DNA of 62,941 nt, the filler included. It is 5 parts of 5 records of this genome, joined end to end, with 100 filler letters (N's around TTAATTAATTAA, not from the genome) between each part and the next. Parts side by side here need not be neighbours in the genome. Positions count along the whole stretch, not along the records: positions 51,992 to 62,941 come from SRR2962707_5229; 4 more parts are not named here. One strand, written 5' to 3'. The notes beneath the pieces were generated by a model. That model did no database searches, was not told the DNA's origin, and worked only from the letters and a program-made list of their open reading frames with translations. The stretch's first letter is position 1. Each line of letters opens with the position of its first letter. The position numbers were made by a program, and so were the translations under genes. Positions 55,001 to 62,941 of the stretch are shown here, one piece after another.

Positions 55001-58000
55001 AGTACACGCGGCGGCAACCTACGCCACGGAAATTTGGGTAGTTCTAGTTTTCACGACCGATTGACTGCGGCTGGGGTTCATCAAGTGCTGAACGTTCCTC
55101 AGAATTGCACTCTGATGGAGGAGCTTGAGCAGAATGGGCTGCATTTGACCCGGCGCCTCTTCTCTGACCCAGGAGCCCGAAGCACTGGTGGGTAGACAAG
55201 TGAATCATCGCTTGCGTCACGCCTGTGTCTGTGCTGTTGCTGGTTGGATGGCATCACCTTACTGTTGGCTGCTGCATTGACTGAATTCAGGCCACACAGG
55301 CAAAGGTGGACAAAAAAGCAATGACATTGACCTGTTTGGCCGCAGTTTGCCCCCCCCCAAGCTGCGCAAGTTTTTACTTGATGAGCTGCAATCAGACACC
55401 ACCGGTCTTGTTAGTGCGCCATGGCTAAGCTTGCTGAAGTACGTGGGGTTTGCACGAAGCTCAAATATCAGCGACATTCGGCTAGTTTGTCGGGAGCATG
55501 ACACTGTGCATTTTTATTTGTGTTGTTGTGGCAGGTACCACCCGTACTTCGTCTTTGAAGATACATCGATAGGCGGACCAAGCTTATATCTGGTGAATCA
55601 ACCCGCAGCGCGTTCGGTTCGCCGCGCGTTTGAAGAAAATTCGGTCATGGAACAGACTTTCGTGACCAATGGAGGCCAGGTGCAATGCAGCAACATACTT
55701 TCCTGACAGTCTCTGAGGCTTGTTCGTGTTCGAAGGCGTGTTTGTAGATTCACATTACACGTTGTGTTTTATTCTGACATGATTTAGTCGAGGCATGAAT
55801 TTGACTCGCTTGCAAGCATTGCAGCTTCATTCTATTTGGACCCGTTTGATTTGTGGGCTGCCAATCGTGAAGCAATCGAGGGATACTTTATTCATAACGA
55901 GCTGCCTGCTGGGCTTCAGTTGACGATTCCAATCCATCTTCAGGTATGGCAACGGGTGTGAGGCACGAATGTGGAATGTGGCCAGTGCGCTTGTACGCGT
56001 TTTAGCCATCGACTGATGGAATTGTGCAAATTACATGATCAACCGGGCAGGCCTTTCACGTAAAGGATACTGCTCTCGCATCCACAACGTCCACGCATGG
56101 AGTATGTCACTCACAGCATTGTGCTTGGAATTGCTCGGCCTGCAAGCGAACAATTGCTATTGCGCTTTTTTTGTTTTTGATCTCTTGCCGAAAATTGGTT
56201 AGGTGCGGTATCGGCAGTCTGCAAGTGGCCGCGTCCCGAAGGCACAGCAGGCGTTTGTTGACATTTCTGGGATCAGCTGCAGCACTCTCAGTCACCAAGA
56301 TTTCATTCAGATGTTGAATAGCTTTGGGTGTAGCCCTCGTGCTGTACAGCTTGACCTGCGCAGCAACACTTGGTCAATTCACGGTTCGTAAATTTGTCAG
56401 CACGTCGAGAAGTTTGGAAACAATGTTTGACCCGATGTGATCAAGTGTGCCCGCTCACAACGTGCCGGCGATACTAGGTCGAAATTTGGCCATGTGTGAA
56501 TATATCCTGAGTTGTTTCGAACTCCCAGCTGCACACGACGTGGCGATGAGCTCTGCCATGTCTAGTCAAGGCCGATGTCCCTATTGCAGCGAGTTTCACG
56601 CGTGGAGCAACCCGAACGACGCGTCTAATGAATCGAAAAGCCAACCCTATTTGCAAGATTTTCTATGTTGGCACGCGGGCATGACTGCTCGAGAAGCCTG
56701 CAAAGTGGGGGTGCGCTGAGCTTATTCAGCTTTCAGTTCAGGCACACGCGAATATTTTTTTTCTGAGTGTTCTCAACATTTTTGTGGCTTCGTGCATGCG
56801 TGCAGGTGTCGTTGCGTCATCGGCACCATCGCACCAACAGCCAATCTTCATACGGAGACCAATTTAATGAAGTGAATGGGCGAGGGCACCGACGGCGCAC
56901 AAGCCGACTTCATTTGCCAACAGATTCAAGTGCCGGCAAAACAATTCAACGAAGCTTCAGCTCTTCGAGTCGCGCAAGCGTGGGGACAGATGCGAGCAGC
57001 GATGATACCCCGGCATCGGAATTGCTCCGCGAAGAACGGACTTTGTGCCTTGCCAACGTGGAACATGGGCACGTCAGGGATATTCTTCTTCTGTTTGAAC
57101 CGATTCAGCACGTGACACCATTGATGATAACTCTTGATGACAGTGGAAAGTGGCTTGTTCTGTTGAGCACTCAGGACGAAGCATCACGCGCTCTTCGAAA
57201 AGTAAGTTGGTGAACTTCCGATTGAAGTTCAGTTGAGAGTGCTGTCGTTTCTGAACGTGCGGTTTGGGTGTTTGGGCATTGGGTTGGATTACGGCTGGCA
57301 CTGCTTCTTGACTTGCGAACTTGTTTGTAGCTCCGCATTTTTGGAGGGGATGTTGACGGCGTTCGGCTAAAATCGCATCACGTACAGATGCTTGCCCAGG
57401 TTGGAATAAACTTTAGCTATCTTGCTGTGGAGTTCATTGCAGCAACTTGTGCATAACCCTCGCATTGCATCTGTATGTGCTGTTAATGAAAATGTTAATA
57501 GCTGCGGAAAGAGGTTGCTTTGAAGAAGTCGAAGCGCAAACCTAGCGCTGCAGCGTTTGTTGAAAACCCCACAGGAGGTGAGTTTTGCAAGTGTCCCTAT
57601 TTGTTTTCGCGCTTTTGACAGCAATGCAAGGACTCCTGTTCACTCTAATCGCGTTCTTTGTGGCGTGCAACCCTGACTGCAGTGTTTCACACGGAAAGAA
57701 GTCAGCTTCGCGGGCTCAATGTTGTTCATCGTGAGCTTGGATCGACAAGTCGAAAGGTGAGTTTTCGATGCCTTTTTTTGCATCGCATTTTTGTTCTTGG
57801 CGGTACAATTAAAGGGTCATGGCAATGCACCCGTTGGGATGCCTCAGGTCAACGAGTCTAACCTCCATCGAAGAGCGACTCCAAGTCTTGGGGTCGGATC
57901 AAGGTTGGCAATGTTCTTTGGGCATGCCACAATGCGTTTGCATGCCAGTGCAATTTTCGTTGCGGTATTATGGCACAAACTGTTTCACGTGATGTACCGT

Positions 58001-59348
58001 GCCTGTCCATGATGAAATGCTTCCGCAACAGCTCTCCACTTTTTCAAGGTCGTGATAAACGGCCAATGCGTCAGGAGCAACGGCCCTCGACAGCACCTGG
58101 GAGGCTCCCTGTGTGGCGACAGAGACGCGAACACTGGCAGCAAAAACAACGAAAAAAGCACCGCGATCAACAGCTTAAGTTGATGCGGCAACAGCAAAAG
58201 AAGCAAAGACAGAGGCAGCTTGAGCAAGAACGCGAACAAGTGCCATTGAGTCGTCTGCCTGAGCCCAGATCTCCAACTAGGTCAAGTGGCACACGTTCCG
58301 CTTCTGCTTCTGCATCGCCGAGTGCCCGGGACCGGACTTCCATGCCAATGCTCGGCAGAGAGATCGACGACGCGGAAGCTGCCGAAATTGTGCAGGTAGC
58401 TTGCACCAAGTCGGCCATTGTGTGGCAACATTATCAGCGATTGTTTGCGAAGACACAACCTGCTCTAAACGCATGCCTTTATGTGTTTGCTCGCTATGGG
58501 TTGTTTGTCAAAGGCTATCGAAGTTCAATTTGCAGGGCATCAAAATACCGATTATCCTCAGCGAGAGCGCCAGCGTCCACAGACCTCACAACCCCGGGGG
58601 GGCAGGCAACGACTATCTCAGCGTCAACAATGGCTTCGACCCTCAACCGCTCAAACAAGGCTATCTGCATCGGCAGAAGATCGCTTTCGATTTGTGCGTT
58701 CGAGTGACACAGCCGAAAAGATGGTTATCTTTCATGATACGGATCAAATTGGTGCTGGGAGCAGCATCGGCGGTGGCGGTGGCGGTACCAACGACCTAAC
58801 TTTTGATCGGCCTGAAACTGACTCTGCTGTTGAGCGAAAGGAAGGCGAATTGCCGACCTCTCAATCGGAGCACCAAGCGCGCAATTCTGCTGGAAACAAT
58901 AACAACAATGACGATTTATCGGTTGCTTCGCTTTCCACTTCCACTTCGGAGAAGCTGAGGGGACGGGGACGAGGAAGGCGACCTGGGACATCGACTGCAG
59001 GACGGTTATTCGTCGGGAGCGCCCCATTGCTTCCTATGAGTGGCAAATCTAGCATAGCTAAAGGGACAGCCATGGTGGGCCTGCGTTATTTGTTGACTGT
59101 GTGATGCCGTCTGGCTTGCCAAAACGACTAACGCGTATGGGTGGGTTTGTGCCGTTTGCTTTTGACAGAAATTGGACGTCGTGCCACAAGTGCGAAACCC
59201 GCAGGTGTTCGCACCGGTGCTGGAGCGACGCGGCAAGACATCCAGTCGGAAAACTTCTCGGATGAAGCACAATGAACTGGAGCTGACCCTCAGCACTCGG
59301 AAGCTTGTTAGTCGAAGTGGGCAGCGTGGCAATGGTCGTCAGCGATAG
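52020..59348 (+). CDS. Large eukaryotic multi-exon protein (possibly more than one gene): EF-hand-like, WWE-like, ankyrin, RRM-like and disordered regions
   Basis: Exons give AEDDW...SMFEFADVWT...YVRFL; WQYFDK|Y...WVSFPLELTTQIEKAF...PVRR (intron 53053-53143); ankyrin [31 protein letters not shown]; RRM-like RTLCLANV...WLVLLSTQDEASRALRK; exon chain not fully resolved. Confidence 0.55.
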
Positions 59349-59717
59349 TGGGATCTTGCATGCTGTGTGGCTCACAAATGACCTTCTGAAGCATCGTTGT
59401 GTTTGCACGTCATTTTACATGTTCCCAATGGATTTCCAATTCCATGTTTGTGGATTGTTATGTCACACATTGAGGTGGTGTTTTTAGAAGTTGCTAATAT
59501 TACCTGGATTGTCAGAAAACAATAAAGCTCTCGTGTTTGCGCATCCGTACCACACTCTCCCTTGAGAATTCGAATCAAGGATGGGAAGCCCATATTGAGT
59601 TGATGCTGTGCGAGAATGCTGTATCTTGTTGCTGAAACGACCTGCAATCCAGCTGACTATGCCCCAACGACACCCACGCCAGTCGGGGTGCCTACGTTTT
59701 GGCCGCTGACAAATTTA

Positions 59718-62700
59718 TTACGATGGAGCATGTTCGTAGCTGAACTTGCGGAAGAACTTTGACTGAGTTTGCGGATGGTTACCGCTCTCACTAACCGAGT
59801 CATGGTCGCCACCGTCTCGGTTGCGCGAGGGGCCGGTCCATGAGACGGGGTCTGCGCCACGACCTCCTTCCTTGACCATCATCAAATGGTCGGACCTTTC
59901 GCGCTTAAATCCTTCCCCAAACGGCCTTCTGCTGTGGCGGCTCCGTCGGCTGCCACCTGTGCTTCGCGTGCTTGCAGTTCCAGAGCTACTCACGCTGCGC
60001 ACACTTCCACCGCTATTTCCCCGCCGAATTCGTGGTGAAGCCGGATATTGAGAAGGCCAGTCTCGGCTTGGACCATGTCCATATTCATTCGTGAAACGGG
60101 TGTGATTTTCCGGGGAAGACTCACCAGATGTGAATCCTGGTGGCCCTTCAGATTCGTCTTGAGGCCAACTGTAAGAGCCTGGTGGCGCTCCTCCGTGAAA
60201 GTGTTGTGACGGGCAATTTTGTCGATGGCTCGTATTCCGACCATGAGAAGCGCGCTTTTTGCTCCACTGTTTGCTGACACGAGCCGGATCAATTTGCGTG
60301 CGGCTTGCTCCATGGCGACGGCTGCTGTGTCCAAGTTGCGTGGATGCCTGGTTGTACATCAAGTTATCGGGAGGATGTTCTACGCCTGACGAATGGAAAC
60401 CGGGTGGTTCACGAAGCGAGTGTGAATTGTGACACTCGCGGCGGTCGTGGCTTGGCTGTAGCCAATATCCCTGCCCTCCGGCATGTGCATGTTGATGTTG
60501 ATCACGATGCTCCAGCGGCATATGGGGGGCGCAGCGCTCCCACCTCATGTCGTCGCCTGACGATGGGCCTAAAGCCGCGGGACGCCAGCGCCTCCGACGA
60601 TTCCGCCCACGACTGCTGGTACTCATGCTGTGCGCACCTACGCTGCTGTCACCAAAGCTTCGCCCACCCAAGCTGTGTCCTCCAAAACTGCTCGCCCCCG
60701 TGCTGCTCCCTTCAACACTGCTTGCATCATCCATATCATCGTTCTCAAAAACCTCATCGTAAATTGTTGTTGTGCTGCGCCCGTTTGGGAGCGACAAAAT
60801 GGGGTTATCGTTCACAGATGATGCTGGCTCATCACGGACATGCTGTTCTGAATATCGAATGTCCGTTGTTCTGGCTCCGTGCCGAAATGGCGACGATGGA
60901 TCTGTATAGCGTGAGAATCTGCGTCCCCCAGCGGAACCTCGCGGACCGATTTGTAGGCGCTTTGGTCTCGTAGACTTTGGAGTGAGCGATGAAGCAGTAG
61001 CTTCTTCGGTGAGCTCCTTGAGTGCATCGTCAGCAGACGATAATACCCGCACGTTCACAGCGAGAACACGGCTGTTCCACCGAGGGCGCTCTACATTGAA
61101 GCTAACCCTGTCGCCTGGAGCAGCAACGCTCCACGATCTGTGAGCATCTGCGACTCCGCTGCTTGAGGAAGGTGCATTCGAAGGGTCTAGTCCCGGATCG
61201 CTACCACTCTCACCTTGTTGCTGCGCTGTTGGCGGCCCGACAACGGAGGACATGTGGAAAAAAACATCTGAGTCAAAAGCACGCTTATTGCTGCAACGAA
61301 TGAAGCCATAGCTGCTGGATGGGGTGCATGTCACGAAGCCATAGTACTGCTCCGAAAACGCAGGGGCGTCCTCATCTACCGGCATCAGAGTCAACACAAA
61401 CGAACAAAGTCATTCACAAGGTGACGCCAGGACTCGCACCCGATCGTTTCCAAGAATTATCGCTGGTACCTACGTACCTGATTCATCATCCTCGATGTTG
61501 CCAGAGTTGGACGGGTCAGTAATCTCGTGTTGAGCATTGCTGATTTGCTGTTTACTATTGCTGTCACTGGGACCGGCGACAAGGTCAACCTTGCTGCTGG
61601 CAATAACTAAAGAGGGCTCAGCACTGGCACAAGACTGCTGAAGCGACCTTGGCGATTGTGTGGTCTGCAAGCAACCCGTCGATGATTGAGTTGCTGGCGC
61701 ACTGTTCTTTGATTTTTTGGCTGGGTTGCTGCTAACTGCCGCGGAAGAGTTGTTCGAAGCGGCATCTTGTGACGTTTCGTTCGATTGCGACGGCTCTGTA
61801 ACAGACACTGGGACCAAGGAGGAACTAGCCATTGGACTTGATGGAGGAGAGCGTGTCTGCTTCCGAACGTGTCCAGAGCCAGGCCCAAAGTTTACCCACA
61901 CTACAAATACAGTGAAGCCGACAGCTGCCGCAAAGACCTTGGAGGCCGGAAGCAGGGCGTGCATCGACAGTGAGCCATCTATATACGCCAAAAGCAACGA
62001 AACAGTGGGCAGGGGGTTACGAAAATGGTCAACGTATGGATTGATGACTTGCTGTGGGCCGCATGGTACCGAGACAGTCGCTGCGTGACGCGTGCGCTCA
62101 GTTCCACCGCTAAACACGCACCGAGCACAGTTGCTGTACAAAACCACACTGTGTAGTGAACGCAAACGCCCACAACAATTGCCTGAAAGAGTTGGCAAGG
62201 CACAGTGAAGTCTTGAGATTGTCGACGCATCAATTTCATTATCCAGCAAGTGGCGCAGAAATGCACAGAGAGCGGTATCCCACATCATTTGATCAGTCTA
62301 TATAAAAGGCAACATGCGATTGATGCGATTGATTTGACTCACCAGTGCGAAGCCCAAAGAAAAACGGACGACAGGGTGGCGAAGTCTTTCGTCGACTGTG
62401 TCAGATACTTCAGACGTCCAGCCTCTCACGGAGGATGTTGAAAATTGGCGCCGGCGGTGACTACTGCCATTCGAGGCACTGCTGCCTTCATCAGCGTCAG
62501 CCGAGACGCTAATCTGCAGACCAAGCTGAGAAGCTGGCGGTTGCCGATGGTTCCCGTTGTTGTTGTTGTTATTGTTGTTGCAGTTGTAGTTGTAGTAGTA
62601 GTTGTTGTTATTGTTGCTGGTGTTACTACCGTCTTGACCAAGATCGTCTTCCTTGCTGCGACTTTTCCTTCTTTTGGTGAGACTCGCAGACGAATGAGCG

Positions 62701-62852
62701 ACGGTCGAGCTCGACTTCACTTTTCCACGGTCGATGTTGCTGCGTTGGTTCGAGCGGCCCTTTTTTTTGGCGCCTCTTGCAGGGCCGACTCGAGCTTTCG
62801 ACGCCCTCATCTCTCGCGCTCTATCGCTCCCTTTTCGGAGGATTAATCTCAA
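59718..62852 (-). CDS. Eukaryotic multi-exon cold-shock-domain RNA-binding protein with long disordered regions (5' end unresolved)
   Basis: CSD motifs YGFIRC (RNP1), DVFFHMSSV (RNP2), GDRVSFNV...AVNVRVL at about 61040-61350; upstream exons at 61470-62288 and 62298-62852 bounded by GT-AG signals. Confidence 0.6.
62556..62613. repeat. Trinucleotide (GTT/GTA)n tract encoding poly-Asn/Tyr on the minus strand
   Basis: gttgttgttgttgttattgttgttgcagttgtagttgtagtagtagttgttgttattg. Confidence 0.8.
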
Positions 62853-62918
62853 GCTCTCCGCATCAACGTCAACGCATCACACAGCTGTCGCTGCTGAGCG
62901 GGTTCACCACGATTGATA

Positions 62919-62941
62919 CCACCACCACCACCACCACCACC
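62919..62941. repeat. (CCA)n microsatellite at window end
   Basis: ccaccaccaccaccaccaccacc. Confidence 0.85.

Overview
The window is not one locus. It is five unrelated contigs joined by artificial 100-nt spacers (N44-TTAATTAATTAA-N44). Contig 1 (1-27620) and contig 2 (27721-35487) are AT-rich, gene-dense, intronless Bacteroidota DNA (Cytophagales-like; TAnnTTTG promoters, porQ). Contig 1 carries dxr-rseP, a PD40/OmpA protein, lon-porQ-hslU, sixA, a GT9, EVE, pyrR-pyrB, purB, a PaaE-like reductase, a TPR histidine kinase, an M14 peptidase, a hydrolase-SPFH-small protein-membrane protein-Arc/RHH operon (two small genes missed by the ORF track) and an ECF/anti-sigma/beta-barrel trio. Contig 2 carries a TPR-TM-HTH regulator followed by a TonB receptor/DUF4249 lipoprotein/macroglobulin-plug operon and a partial HIT gene. 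Contigs 3-5 (35588-62941) are GC-richer eukaryotic DNA (tentatively a stramenopile-like protist) with ~100-nt spliceosomal introns and microsatellites at most contig ends. They contain PEX1, a CCHC-motif protein, a large EF-hand-like/WWE/ankyrin/RRM-like protein and a cold-shock-domain protein. The most striking element is on contig 3. It is a ~17-intron secreted eukaryotic gene that splices into two tandem modules of bacterial/phage-type 14-residue GGxxNxAxG beta-roll repeats, each with a Cys-containing neck and coiled coil, on a mucin-like stalk. It resembles a eukaryotic trimeric-autotransporter/tail-fibre-like adhesin. All exon models and family calls are by hand and by motif recognition; no database search was run.
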